DNA of 64,000 nt from Octopus sinensis (taxonomy: Eukaryota), in NCBI RefSeq assembly GCF_006345805.1, contig NW_021832124.1, forward strand, positions 62,001 through 126,000, written 5' to 3'. The translations under genes were made by a program, and so were the position numbers. The notes below the pieces were generated by a model. It searched no databases. It saw only the letters and a list, made by a program, of their open reading frames with translations, and was not told the DNA's origin. Positions 1 through 13,749 of the stretch are shown here, one piece after another (position 1 is the first letter of the stretch; every line of letters starts with the position of its first letter).

Positions 1-3000
1 TGTTCGGTTTTTTTTAATTTTTCATAACATTTTTAGACGAAAATATTCGCTTCCTGAGGAGACTGGTATTCCAGTAAGTCCGTTCTGTCAGTTTTAGGAA
101 AATAAACGATGGAATAAACTCACACAGGCGTTTTCCGAACTTGATTTTACTGAAAATGAACAAAACTCAATCACGGCAGTTCTCGCTGCAGTCTACCATT
201 TGCACATTGCAATCAACAGCGACTTTTCTCTCGATTTTTTGAACAAGGTGGCTTCATGTTTTGAAACAAATACACAAGTCCTTATCGGCTTAGTCAGTCA
301 GTTTGTTTTGTTGTTTTAACGTAGAAATAATAAACGGAATGTCCCAGAATCAGAGCTATGGAAGTCTCTACTGGCAGCTCTGTATCACAACCTTGTGGAG
401 TCCGTGGTAAGTCTGATCAACAGGTGGGGTATCCGCGGTTATAAAAGGTCGATTTCACCTGTCGAGAATGTCTCCAGTTCTATCCACGTGCTCTACTCTC
501 CTGGAATCAACACATTTGATGGGCCCGTCCAGAATCTTCATTCTTTATTCCTGGCTTATTTCCATGAGAAAATAAACCAAATTCACTACAATTTGGTCTT
601 CAAGACACCTCTTGATGTATATGAAAAAGTATATACATATATATATATTTTTAGGAACAAATTGATGTGGACGGGTTCTATGTTCAGTCAACTGCTGAGG
701 AGGCTGTGAGTACTTTCGAGAATAGAAGTAATTCAGAGGAAGGAGGTGGACAAAACGGGGAAAAGGGAATCCTTCAATTGTTAGATCAGAGTCTGAGAAA
801 TAAAAATTCGGGAGAAGATTTAGTAAAGGATATTCTAAATATTAATAAATGTAATGATATTTTGATTTTGTAGTCAATCCTGTCATAAGGAGCGGATCTG
901 ATTCTCAGTCCTTCATATTCCTCCATTCGAATGGGATGCTGCCAGTGGAGTATGACTGCTCCCAGTGGCCAAATCAAGTTGTAAGTCTTGCGTTATTCAT
1001 CAAAGTCAAGACTCGTTTAATAAATTCAAATATGTGAGAATATTAATTGATTTTTTAGAGATTTATTTAATAAGAATTTATTCAAAAATTTGTCTCTTTT
1101 GATGAATACTCCCGGATATAGACTGGAGAGGACAGTCGTAAGGATATTCATATTATTGTGCAGAATAATACGATCGGGGGCATTCTGTTGACGGATGTCT
1201 CGTTTGTTTACACTGTGTGCCCTGTCATTGAATTGGATACCCCTTGGATTGCAGGACATAACCTGGCCGTATCCACATCCTCTGTGTCTTCGGGGACTAG
1301 TTTAAATGAGTTATTCGACGTTGCATTTGTCAGATTGCAGTTAAGAGCAATGTTAGTACTACAAGTGACACGATTATTCCGTTATGGTACGATTGGTATA
1401 ATAATGGAAGGATATCCTGACTATGTGAGTGTAGGTGACTTTATTCAGTCATATTCCATCCTTTTGGGGATAGAGGGGACCAACATTGAGATCATCACTG
1501 GAATAATGGAGACAGGACATGTGGAGGCTCACGATTATGCAATCGGCATTGATCGGGTCTTTATGAAGGACGGTGTCCTTAGTCGACTAAATGAATTCCG
1601 TGATCGTCTAATAACGGATTATATGATATCATTTCAAAGCAAAGTTCGGTCATATATATCAAAAATGACATTTCGGAGAATGCAGGTGAAGTTGAGACAA
1701 TTTTTAAGGACAGAATGTGTTTTCTTGTGTGCAGACAATCCAACACAACCTGAGGCTTTATCTGGGACTTAAACAGTGGCGGTGGTGGCAGCTGTATGTC
1801 GGACTGCTTCCTTTGGCTTCCGTTTCCGGCATTGACGCTCCAATTCGAGCACTTAAAGAAAAATTGGAACGAACTGAGCTGATTCTCTCAGAGAAGAATT
1901 TTGTTGTTGAACAAATGAAAGAAAAAGTTGTAAATGTGTCATATTCCCCAGATAGAAGCACTCACTAAGGAAATGATGGACGATAAAATAAATTTGAGCG
2001 AGGCGGGTGACGTAATTGAAAATGCAATTGAGGATAATGTGGCTCTAACAGAGAAACTGAGACTTTGTGAGGTTGTTTTTTGCAGGCATGTGCAGGAGAG
2101 GCTGGCGGCTGGGGGAGTGTTGGTAGAGGACGTTGACATGAGTGTGGAGATTGGGAGACTGCGGTCTCGGGTGGAAGAACTGGACAGAATGGTAGAACAG
2201 AAGAACGGGACAATCGAGTATTGGAAGAGGAAGACGAGTGCTCAGGGACTTGAAAAATTGGATTTAAAAAGACAGGCATCAATAAGGTCAGGTCCTTCAG
2301 AGTAAGGTCCCTTCTATTTATTTTGGAGTATTTCTGACCTTGTTTCTCTGAAGAATGAGCTACAAGAGTCCAAAACAGCGCGGGAAAGTCGGATTCGGGA
2401 TTTAGAAGCACAATTGGAGGATTATTCTGAAATGAGTCAGAAAATGTTGGTTTTACAACAAGTAAGCGATAAAACTGATATAAAGCACTGCCATAACCTG
2501 GAGAGGGAGCTGTCTGAGTATAAAATGAGAGAAATGAGATTGAATGATGAAATGGAGGACAAATTGAGGGCCCTTAAGAAGGAAATGACACTCAAATGTG
2601 AGGACCTTGATTATAAGTTGGAATGCGAGCAGAAAAATAACCGAAAGTTGAGTCTATCTAACAGAGAATTAAAATCAGAGTTATCAAAAACAAATGTACA
2701 TGCCAGTTCTTCCTCAAATGGTATGAAGTGCTCATAATGTGTCAAAGAGGTTGAAGAACTCAAAAGAAAGGTCTTTAAATTGCGAGTTTTGCTTAAAGAG
2801 GCACAAAAACAAAAGACGGTGACTGTCAGGGATGATTCTGCAGTTTACCGACTTGAACGTCAGGTGAAATGAAATGAGTAGATTGGCAGTTGGAGGATGT
2901 CGAGGTCACTTTGCGGGCCACTAATAGAGCAAAGGCAGATTTAGTTGGAGAACTGACAGAGTTGAGGATATTGGCGGACAACTACAAGAAAGGAAGGGAG

Positions 3001-3818
3001 GAGGTTGAAATGACAGAATGATGGTCTTAGATGGAAACAAGATTAAGACAATCACTTAGGACTGTCACAGAAAGTGAAATATTGGCTGAGGAAAGAGAAA
3101 CTCAAATTGAAACTCTTCAACGTGCTGTTAAAAATGCTCAGTTTGAGGTAATGTGTTATTTTAGTATTAAAGGGGTCAATTTTGACAGAGACATTGGCTG
3201 TTCGAGAGACGGAGATATTGGACTGCAAAAAACAAGTCACAGAACTCAAAGAAAGGGTGACTAGAGGGGTCCCTTAGTCCACAGATCGCTCAAATGGAGA
3301 CTGAGAATTCAAAGTTAGTGGAGACTCAAGTTGCTGATAATAAATCTGTGCTTCTCCAGGGAATGGAACTGAAATATGAGTTATGTGAGTCACAGAGAGC
3401 TCGTTTGCACGTTAGATGAATGTGTTATAATTCCAAGACACATTTAAAGACAGCACGTGAAGAATTGGCACGGATGAAGAAAGAATTTGAGGAGAATTCA
3501 CTCGAGAATATTCAGTTTAGAGATGACCTTCATTCGACGAAACTTGTAGTCAAGGCTGGAGAGAAGGAGAGGGAAGCATTGCAGGATGAAGTGGAAATGT
3601 TGACCAGTAAAATGATAAGACTGGTTTTTAATTATTGGACTTATTTTTAGAAAAGAGAGAATGAGTCAATTGAGAGTATATGTAAGGATTTAAGGGAGGA
3701 GAATTATGTTTTGGGGACAAGGCTGGATGACTTGCAAAAGTCTATTATTAATGAGATTGAGGACGGTGAGTCTTATTCTGATAGTCACGTTTCCGACCAA
3801 GATATTGATGAATTATAA
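1..3818 (+). CDS. MYO18: Myosin XVIII-like heavy chain (5' end outside window): divergent motor C-half, IQ motif, long coiled-coil tail; many micro-introns
   Basis: Peptides align with MYO18: LQLRAMLVLQVTRLFRYG..EGYPDY (cf. LRTQLRG..RMYRQGYPDH), IGIDRVFMKDGVLSRLNEFRD (cf. [21 protein letters not shown]), IQ-like FQSKVRSYISK, KQWRWWQLY (cf. DWPWWKLF), then Glu/Lys-rich heptad exons to TAA 3816-3818. Confidence 0.75.
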
Positions 3819-4303
3819 TGTTTACTATTTATACTATTTCATTTTATATTTTACTGTTAATTTATACGAGAATCTTAAGTAGCGTTACTAGAGGTCTAAC
3901 GATGGTAGAAGAGGTCAAGGACATGTAAATGGGTCAGAAAAAAGTTGATGTTAAAAAAGTTTTCAATACTGGTAGAGCAATTGCCGGTTACTTGAAGAAT
4001 TTTTGACAGCCAGATTGCTTTTAGGAATCTCATTCTTAGACATATATTTTTATTTGCTGGAGCATGGCTATTGTGCTCTGACAAGTACACTGAGACAAAC
4101 TCGGAAAATAAATATGCTACTAAAGTATAAGGCTCTTTTACTCACTACAATGAGGTAATACAGGAAAGTCGCCAGGTAAAAATGACCATCATTATTAATT
4201 AATAAAATTCATCATTCTTTTCAAAAATAGTTTAATAATCAAATTAATAAAGTAACCTGGATAACTTGGTTGTTATATCGAGTGATAATTTAAAAAACAG
4301 AAA

Positions 4304-5882
4304 ATGAATGAAAAATTAAAAATCTGGCTCCGTCCCCAACTTTTTGAATTTGGAGTATTGAGGACTAGACCGAATTCTAGACTTTCAATAAACGTAATTT
4401 TGCACGTTTAAACTCACAGAACGTCAATAAAATAGCTAAATATTTACGAGATAAAGAGGAAGCATATCCCCTGATGAGGTACCCCTGTCACTTACAGACT
4501 AGTTACTCCACGTGGCGATATTTAGCTTGTAAAAAACTTTCGTTGGATCAGGATTATGCCTGGATGTGAATTTTGGGTAATCAATTTTAGGTTTTTTCGA
4601 TTTTATCAACTATTTGGAGCTAAAAACCTAAAAAGAGTTCAACGCGAAGATCGACTATTCCAAAACAGTAAATTTTCAGTAAAATTTAGCCAGGAAATGA
4701 AAGTGGCAATTCGATCACAATAAACGGACTAAAATTCTGCATATTCTTATTCATTCAGAGCATCACTCTTCTCGAACACACACAAAGTATTACATTATAC
4801 AATTTTTCAGATCTGAAGGTGCCGTTCAGAATGACTCAGTCAACGTCAAACGAGTTTTTTAAATGTTTTATTAAAAAAGAATTTGACAGAAGGGTCCCAG
4901 TTGAGGTTTATTTTGAATGAAATGGACGCTTTGTTAGATATCATCTCAAAAGGTATTTTTCTAAAAGACTATTCCAGGAACTGAAATAGATTGGGGAGGC
5001 ATAGAGGCACTCTCATTTCTAATTGAAGGAGTGAATGGAAAGGAGTATATATTATATATATTTAATAGACATATAACTTTACTATCAAATATTCTGGAAA
5101 GGAATAGTGAATTCTCAGAAGAGGCCGGAAGGGAGTCAAATGGGAACTTTAATAAAAAAACATTCATCAAATTTTTGAAAAAATATTTAGTTAAATGTCC
5201 TTTTGGTTGGGGAAACTCATTTTTCAATGGTCTGGCTTCCCCCTTAAGTAAACTATACATTTCGGAAGGTTTGTTTTATTCAAAAATGACAGACACAGTC
5301 GGCGACAAAAAATATCCACGTATCGTGGAAAATGGAAATCTTTTACCTCCCGTTGACAAATTGTGTAATCGTGTGATTACTGATCATAAAGTGCTGGTTT
5401 TTTCATATTTGAAAGATGTGACCATTGCTGAGGTAAGTTTAGTTATTTAAAATGTAGGACACTGAGAATTATTTTAACATTAAAGTAATGAAATGTCAGA
5501 ATTGTATCTTTTACTTATTGGGGCCTTTAAAGTATATTTTGTGTGTACTTTGAAGATCATTTCTTGTCGATTCTTGTCGAAATTGCACTTTTATAGTCGG
5601 ACCAGTCGAACTTGTTGCGTCTTTATGGAAATGTGACAAGACAAGTCTATCTGGACTGTTCCGTCAACTTGTCGTGAGGTATTCCCTCAACTTATTCTCA
5701 GTCAGTGTAATAGGACTCATGTCTTTCTTGGAACACCTCAAAAACCTCTTCTCATTGACAGTCCTCAAACTACACTTGCTCCACTCAATATGTACTATCA
5801 AATGCTCCCAAAACAGACTAAACAAGTCCATCTTATAATTGACCATAATTTGTGGAACGTCCCACTTATTTATGGTCTTTAA
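4304..5882 (+). CDS. TBCCD1: TBCC domain-containing protein 1 (centrosomal), multi-exon
   Basis: Spliced translation MNEKLKIWLRPQLFEFGVL..KIAKYLRDKEEAYPLMSYSTWRYLACKKLSLDQDYAWMFF and C-terminal CNRTHVFLGTPQKPLLIDSPQTTLAPLNMYY..NLWNVPL match TBCCD1 (YWSTWRHIACGKLQLAKDLAWLYF; TFAPFHTHY..NYWDNPM). GT-AG introns of 22-26 nt. Confidence 0.85.
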
Positions 5883-5899
5883 TCTTTTAATGAATATTA

Positions 5900-6100
5900 G
5901 ATCCCTTTAATCGTACTCCTTCTCAAGAATTTGTGATTCTTCCTCCAACAGAATTTTACCAACATAAAATACCTTTTCTTGGATATAACACGACTAGTGT
6001 AATTGACTAGTTTGTGACTGTAGTTGCCACGAGAACTGATCCCTGAGGAATACCACCGAGAGTTGATTAGTCGGAAAAATCAAAATGAAAAGTTCAGAAT
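5900..6100 (-). mobile_element. Decayed LINE reverse-transcriptase remnant
   Basis: Minus strand reads GIPQGSVL (RT motif), then degenerates. Confidence 0.4.
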
Positions 6101-8064
6101 GATGATAAGCGATTTTAACTTGACTACAGCACAGAACGAACGGTTCAATCAGCTCATGTCGTCTGAATTTGATGTTTTGTTATTAACGTCATGATTGGCA
6201 GGAATGGCTGGCTTTTTCATATAATGAACGACAGGTCACGCAATTAAAGCAAATCCCAGCAACTAATGTGTCTTAATAGTCCACATTAAGGCATTTGATT
6301 GCTTTTATTATGACTTTTTTAAAAATGTTAAAGTGCTAAATCAACAATGTATGAATGATCCATAGCCTGTGGTTTTATTGGCATTAATATATATACCAAG
6401 TCCTTTAAGATAATAGAGTGCTTTATGTCGACGTGAAACTATTTATCACCACACTTATCAATGTCAAGACCAAGTACGAATATACTATAAGACTATTCTT
6501 ATCACTTACCTAGAACAATGCTTATAAATTAACCAGTCATTCTAAACAGTTCAGTTCCTAACAATATTAAGTACCTCTTAAGTACTTCTTTAATCAAAGT
6601 ATTTATCGACAATATATTTTTAAACTACTTACACCGCGTTTATATGTTGAAACAAATCAAAAAATCATATTCCTAATGGACTCAAAAAGAATGTGATGGA
6701 TCTGACTAATAGAGTGTCAGCTGGATTAATAATTGCCTCATTTTTCACAATTAAGAGTTGGCGCATGTGTTTATAATTTTACATAATTTTGAGAATTGGA
6801 TAATATTTACTCAATAATTAAAATGAGTAAACAAATAGATCCTGTTGACATTGTTAGCGATAAATCGCGAAAGATAACGTTAATTAGATCAAGGGCCTGA
6901 TAAATGCTCTAATTGCTTTAAATAAGCCCATTTATTGTAGACAGATGTAATTTTCAAGTTATGAAAATTATCATAATCTGAAGCAGTTGTAATAGCAGAC
7001 ATTTCGTGATAATCCGATTCAAATGAGAATTTTGTATCAAAGGAATTTTGCACTTTTATTATTCCATTACAATAAATGTACAGAATAATCTAATTAATTT
7101 AATTCGGCACACACTTCAAGGTTTCGAAATTTAGATTAATTATGGCAATTGAAAATTAAGCTTGCCAGATGGCTACTTTCAAGTTTTAATTGTTTGTACT
7201 AAAAATGTGTCCTTTGTGCTTATTTTCTATTTATTGAAAAGAGAAAAATTCCATACGACGTTATATTATTATTTCGTGGGAAAAATGTCAAGAATGTATG
7301 AGAAATGCGAATATTTAGTAACATTTAATTGAAGTAAATACAGTTAATTAGAAACGGACTAAAAATAGTTTTCATTGCTATTATTTGCTAATTAAAACTC
7401 TTGGATGTACAGTTAATTAAATTACGCTATTATATTGGTTTGTTAAGCCTCCCTAGTGAATGTAATGACCTCCGCAATGTCACAATTTTATAGGTTAATA
7501 ATTTAATTATGGCATTCCGACACTCAGTCATAAGAATAAACAATAAATAAGCCGCCAAAGGCAAATTTTAGAGCAATACAAATTACGTGTTGCCGATCGC
7601 CCGCTGACACCTCTCAATATAATCATGATTTATATTGTCTGATCTAAATCTTGCATTAACAGGGCCTCATCAGCGAGAAAGAAACATATATAACATACTG
7701 TATTGCAGTTTTTAAATTCCATACAACAGCTGGTGCCTTGCTATGCTAGTGCTGCTGCAATTTGAATAGCATTCTTCAATTCACTTGACAATGCCGTCCA
7801 TACGCGCTGTTTAATTTGCTTATTAACTCCTCCCCTCCGCAACGGAATGTTATTATTGTTGTAAGTGCTCTATCTTATCGCCTTTATCTACAATTTATAT
7901 AAAGTATATGCCATTCTAATTTATATCCTATTCAATTTCAATGGCCAGACTTATTCATTCTGTGCTTTCCTGGTAGATAATTAAGTTCTCTTCACATAAG
8001 ACGATAGTTAGTTAAAAATGAAAGTTGTGCGTGTGGTTGCTAAGTGCCAGCTGAGCATAAATGA

Positions 8065-9045
8065 ATGGCATATTCTCTAGCGTATAATAATTGTATTATA
8101 CTTTGGATTACATTTAATATAGGTTGTTTTATGTCCTGTCACACCACTTCTAATGACGACAAATTTGTCCCCCCTAATAGTCGTATAACTGTAACTCGGA
8201 GTCCAGAAAATAAATTCAAGTGCCAGAATATGTATGAACGGTATGACTATTCTCCAAATTCATACAATTACTATTATTGTGAACCTGGATTTGAAACCTT
8301 TTCAACCCATCCTGAGACACCTCACGTGACTCTTCCTCCCCTTACTTCATATCTACAACAAAAAAGCAACAAGGAGGTTGAAAATTGTTACAACAATCCC
8401 CTGAGCATAACTCAAGACTATGATTATGGAAACTATGTGTCATATCCAGATCTGAATCAGTTCAATAATGAAACATTTTTAAGTAGCTATCCTGCCACAC
8501 AAGAGAATCATGTTTCTACATTTGTTCGTAGTCAACTTGGACTTAGCAAAGTTTGTAATGACGACTCAGGGTCACGGATAATCTCCCATGGTCCTCAAGG
8601 TCGTAGAGATCTAACAGTGAGGTCCCGATCTAAGCAATTTCCTTCTAATCGGAATATGGATAGTTCAAGTAGCCTGGACAAGTCATCTCCTTTGGACACT
8701 TTTGATAATTTAATAAACATGAAAATGAAGACTTTTAAGCATACAAGTAAGTTATGGCCATAATTTGTAGATAATAACTTTACTGGGGGACAATCAGCAG
8801 GTTCCCAGACCACTAAAGTCAGCTCAATACATTTAATCGAGCAATGGAAAAGAGAAAGAGAAATTTTACAAAAATTATTCCCTGAGAGCGATTCAAACAT
8901 GTCCCTCAATCCAAATCTTGAAAATTTTGCACGAGAGATACGTGGAGATGTATTATATCATTATTACGTAATATAATAGGGCGGTGTAGATGTGAGTTCA
9001 AAGAAGCGGAGATTGGAATTTGACTATGACGATGCCAATTTATGA
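8065..9045 (+). CDS. Orphan Tyr/Asn/Ser-rich protein, 3 exons, C-terminal SKKRRLEF
   Basis: 232-codon ORF continues through a 24-nt intron (8748-8771) and a 29-nt intron to TGA 9043-9045 in frame. The true start may be the second Met (MSCH..). Confidence 0.6.
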
Positions 9046-10027
9046 TATTAATATTTGTAAACTTCTGCAATACTAATATTAATTCATTGTACTAAGTTTG
9101 CGTAATAAATTCATTATTTGCTTTATTTTTTGATTATTTTAAGTTTACTTGTTTTTGTTTTATCGTTCAATTCGTGTTCGGTTGTGCTGGAGTGACAGCT
9201 GTCAGTGAATAATTAATTGTATGTTGCGCACTAATAACAAAATTTTCGAGGTAATTGAATAAAAACTAATCCAAATGAAAGAACAGAAACTGAGTTTTGT
9301 ATTTATGAAATTCATTAGAAGCAATTGGCATAATCCAATTAATTTTGTTTGTAATTAAATTTAAGGATTAATTAAATTCATAGATTAAAAGTTGTCAATA
9401 AGGTTTTTTAATATTCATTTTAAGATGGTTTAAAACATTATTATTTTAAATCTAAGGATTTTGAAAATTGTCTGAGTAATGACTTTGAACAAGATTAGAC
9501 AAAAACAAAAATTTGTATTTTGAAGATTAGATTTGTTAATCCGATTTTTGTTTTCATACTTGTCTATGCTTATTATAAATTAGTCTACTCAAATTTGAAT
9601 AATAATTTTTTTGTAACTGCAGGTTCCTTGGACTCGAAATATATTTTTTGATGCGTTGTTTGTTCTTAAAAATTTATTAATTCCTTTAATAAAATTATCA
9701 TTTAAGGGCCCTAATGAGTAGTAAGTCAATGTTCTGGTTTGTACATTGAAAATATAATTATTATATGCTAATTATTTCTTAATTATTGTTTATTATTATT
9801 AAAACGAGTATTAACTAGCTTAACTATTATTAAAAGCACGTTCACCGAACCAAAGAATGTAAATTAACAAAGTTCCCTAAAAAAAACAAAGTTCCCTAAT
9901 TAAAAAAATTAATTTAAATAAAAAAGCGGTATTAAGTAAAAAAAATTAATCAAAGCAAATAGAATAACTGAATATTAAGTACGAACATAAACTACAACAC
10001 AACAAAGAATTTAAACGTATCTAAAAA

Positions 10028-11093
10028 TTATTTAAAACAAAATTTAAAGATATCCTTTAATTCAGTTTTTTTCAATTCCAGAATTGACAATTCCGACATA
10101 ATCTCAGTTTCAAATGAACTATCCATGACTCTCAAACGTTTAAAATCCTCCAAACAATCATCCACGTTACACAGCCGACAGTGAGCAGATCCCCGGTAAA
10201 ACAGTGCAGTGGAGTCATCTCGATCAAAGCCCAATATTTCCGTACACCGTTTGACCACCAAGTGAAAATTTTGTTCTTCAAAACAGCAGCGAATCGAAAT
10301 TTTCAGAAATTCAATTTTTTCTCTTTGTAGCTGACAATAATCGTAGGAATCCTTCATTTCTCTAAAATTAATAATCTTCGACACCTCAAAATTGCACTTT
10401 CAAGAGTATCGATTGAAAATTCACATTTTTCAGAAGCCTTCTTTAAATTGTTCGATAAAAGTAAATTTTTGACTTCTTTTTTGATTTCTGGAAGCAATTT
10501 AAGTCTTTCTTCAATAGAAGACAACAAAGACAGTTCAGCGAACCCGTCTTTATCATTCGGAATTATCAGATCAACGAAATCTACCCTTAAAATCACAATT
10601 TTTACCGAAAACAAAGATCAAAGATTGCGGTTCATCACGAATTCGATCAAGGTCGTCGAACCCCGTTGACTTGTGGAGAATACCAGAACAACATGTTTTT
10701 GATAAAATAGAATTTGAACTGATTTGTCGAATATTTACAGAAAAAAACGCATATTCGACAGAAATCTTTAAAAATTAGCATTTTTTGTGCATTACGGGAG
10801 AAGGGAATGTAAATTCTGCAATTTCACCAATTTTCATTGATTTGATGCACGTTTCCCAATGTTCAAAATTAAACTTGCGGTCAATTAAAAGTTCGAATGG
10901 TTGGTCGCTCATCTTTCTAAAGTCATCCACGACTTCTCTGTCCTCTGTAAGAGTCCTGAAATAAAATTTGGCCTGTGTAGACAGGATTTTGGGGTACTTT
11001 GCTATTTTTTGTAAAAGTTGGATGATCACCCCTACCAGGATGTATTATTCGTTTGATTATGTTATTTTTGGCCAATCTGATAATGTGTTCCAT
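10028..11093 (-). CDS. AIP: AH receptor-interacting protein (FKBP-type domain plus TPR repeats)
   Basis: MEHIIRLAKNNIIKRIIHPGRGDHPTFTKNSK|AKFYFRTL..QPFELLIDRKFNFEHWETCIKSMKIGEIAEF matches the AIP N-terminus; TPR exon with ALFYRGSAH at the C-terminus. Confidence 0.9.
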
Positions 11094-11997
11094 CCTCTGG
11101 CATTGATTTGTAATTAGTTTTTATATTGAAATTTAGTCGATTAATTAATTCATTCACTTGAGCGTAACGACCACAATTATTCTGAGAAAAATTTTTTCTT
11201 TAAGCATTTGATTGTATTTTATATTTTTGGTCGAGAATTTGTGTTATTTTTCCTTAAATATCAAGTAAATAATTTTCAAAAAGTCACAAATTAGCGACTT
11301 TCGAGAAATTTAACTTAATAAAACATTTTTATTTGATTTTTCTAAACTGGTGTACTGTCTCTTATATTATATATTCTAAATAAAATTTTGTCGAATTTAA
11401 TACAAATCGATCATACGTATCGTCTTCAAATCAATAAGTACAATTCTTAGTTCATATATTAGCTTATACTTTAGTATTTCAATTAAATCGATTTTGATCA
11501 ATTTTTACTGTCGAAAAAAGTAGTGCATTTCCATATTTAACAGTAAATATAAGAAAGATATTATTTTTCTTATTTTGTGTGTACTTTATCTAATTTATCA
11601 ATCTGTGACAACGAAATATAATAAACTAAATATATCTGTATAGACAATCGTGGCAATCTATCCATATTTTTTTATTATATAATTTTTACTTGTGTTCAGG
11701 AATACGATAAAAATTTAAACAAAATTTTGGAATTTCTAAGAGCATAAATCTCACAAGATGTTGTATATAATGAATATATGAATCGACATTCTTTACTTTG
11801 TAAACTTATTTTTGAAAGTACATTAAATTTTTTTAATAGATTTTTTTTAATTTACTTAACTTTTGGGAAATGATAGGAAATCTGCAATGATTATTGAAAT
11901 TGAGAATCATTAAATACATGAATAAATTTGATCTTATTTGTTAATATCATAATTAGTGAAAAATAATAATAAATTTTGTAACTTAATTTTTGTCGTG

Positions 11998-12529
11998 ATG
12001 TCTTATGAACCTAATTCAAAACCGGTTATTCTAACGAAAAAAGCTCCAAACATGTCTCAACTAAAAAATAAAAATGTAGACCTTAATTAATTAACATATT
12101 TTAGAACATTCGTCTGGCAGAAATGCAAGGAATCCAAGTCTCGACGGCCCTTAAAAGTCTTTTATAATTTACAACATTTTAGAGGGCAGCTCAAAAAACA
12201 AACAACGAATAAACGACTCTGAAGCTTATAAAATAGAGAACAGCGAAACCGAGAAAATCGAAGTAATTTCCACAGAAATTGGCAGAGCAGTAAAAGATGC
12301 AAGAAATGCCCGAAATTGGACCCAAAAGGACCTCGCAATGGTATTTTTGTTGTATTCGTTTTAGAAAATTAACGAAAAGGTTCAGGTCATTGCCGAAGTG
12401 GAAATGTCCAAGGCAGTTAAAAACCAGCAGCTGATATCAAAGCTTGAACGTGCTTTTGGTGTTCTTTGATGTTTGAGGAATGTAGGAATTCATCTTCAAG
12501 GAGTTAAAGCTGGGAAGCCCTTTAAATAA
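11998..12529 (+). CDS. EDF1: Multiprotein bridging factor 1 / EDF1, 5 exons
   Basis: IGRAVKDARNARNWTQKDLAM|KINEKVQVIAEVE..QQLISKLERAF|GIHLQG matches the MBF1 HTH region. Introns of 24-29 nt. Confidence 0.9.
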
Positions 12530-12576
12530 TTCTTTCATTTTTGATAGTTGTTTTAATAATTAATTTGATCTAACAA

Positions 12577-13260
12577 ATGAAAGAGTTTTTTTTAGCCGAT
12601 GGTAGGGCCAGCGTAGTACGGCGATTGAGAACTGCTAAAAAGGCCAGTTTACCTCTCGTGATTGGGCTTGGAGATTTTGACCCTGTGCTTGCGGAGGAGG
12701 TTTTCCGTCTTTGGACTAACAGCAAACGAAGTTTCTACCGCAATCGGCAGCACGAAAAACTTATGCGAAAGGCCGGAGTATTTTGACAGTTTTGTATCTT
12801 CGTTTTTCTTAGCGGAGGATTTAGCCTACAGAGCACACGAAGATAGGAGTAAGGCAAAAAATGTATATCAGCAGGTTGCGTCGTATACGAGTGCTTTTCC
12901 GCTCTCAAAAGGGAAAATGGTCATTCCGTCAGGGCGTTTTCCGTCACTGTGGAAATCGTCAGGCACTTGTACTGCACGATAAAGGATGGAGACCAAAAGA
13001 ATCAACAGAGCAGCCACAACAATACGAGTGAGGAACACATTGCCTTAACCCGAGGCACAGGGAGATTTCAAATCTGACCGATTGAACATCGAGGAGGGTG
13101 CCAGATGAGGCGTTCAGGAATACGCAGAGCCAAGTTACACTTGCCTGGGATGATGGCGAAAGTAGGCATGCGTGGCGATGTTGGTTGGACGACTCGAGTA
13201 ACAGTTTGAAAGTTTGCTTGCATCCTATTAGATCCCTGGCTCGTTGTGACATTCGATCCT
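12577..13260 (-). mobile_element. CRE-like non-LTR retrotransposon, 3' fragment (zinc knuckle plus restriction-like endonuclease)
   Basis: CGCSVDSFGLHPLSC, KRPDG region and FFVLPIAVETS motif, with stops and frameshifts. Confidence 0.85.
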
Positions 13261-13749
13261 CTGGTAAGTCAAGACCTTGTTCCCTCCAGAGTTATTTTAA
13301 TTTAGTTCAAATGGTCAAAATAAAATTATTTTTCTTTGGCTTTTAACTGTTCAAGAAATGAGGGGTGTGGCCATTCCTGTCAATACGCTCTCTTTCCGTA
13401 AGGCAAAATACATTTTCAAAACACCCCATTCTCTAGTGGAATGAATTAACTTTACTGATTTTGATCATATTTTTTGTGGTTTATTGTTTCCAGCAATATT
13501 TTATTATTCAAAAATGGTAGATTTTGTCGTGTTTGAGATTATTTATATTGTGTTGGTCTCTCAAAAATTGGGTCTTCCTGTCTTTCGTTTTGGAAATGTT
13601 CTTTCTGTTTATCCCCTATCCCTCTTTCTACTTACCCCCGACCTAATGTTGTTATGCCCACAGTCGAAATTTTCTTTTTCACTACTTTTTGATGCAATTT
13701 GTTCTCATTTTCTTTATTTTACCATCGGTTTCTCTTCGTTGCTTCCTTA

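Noticed and set aside
3890-4190. Possible small spliced gene on the minus strand, head-to-head with TBCCD1
   Set aside because: Micro-intron-like segments are present, but I could not build a start-to-stop frame or recognise the product.
4465-4500. ctgatgag hammerhead-like core
   Set aside because: No downstream GAAA or stem II; it lies in a TBCCD1 exon/intron junction.
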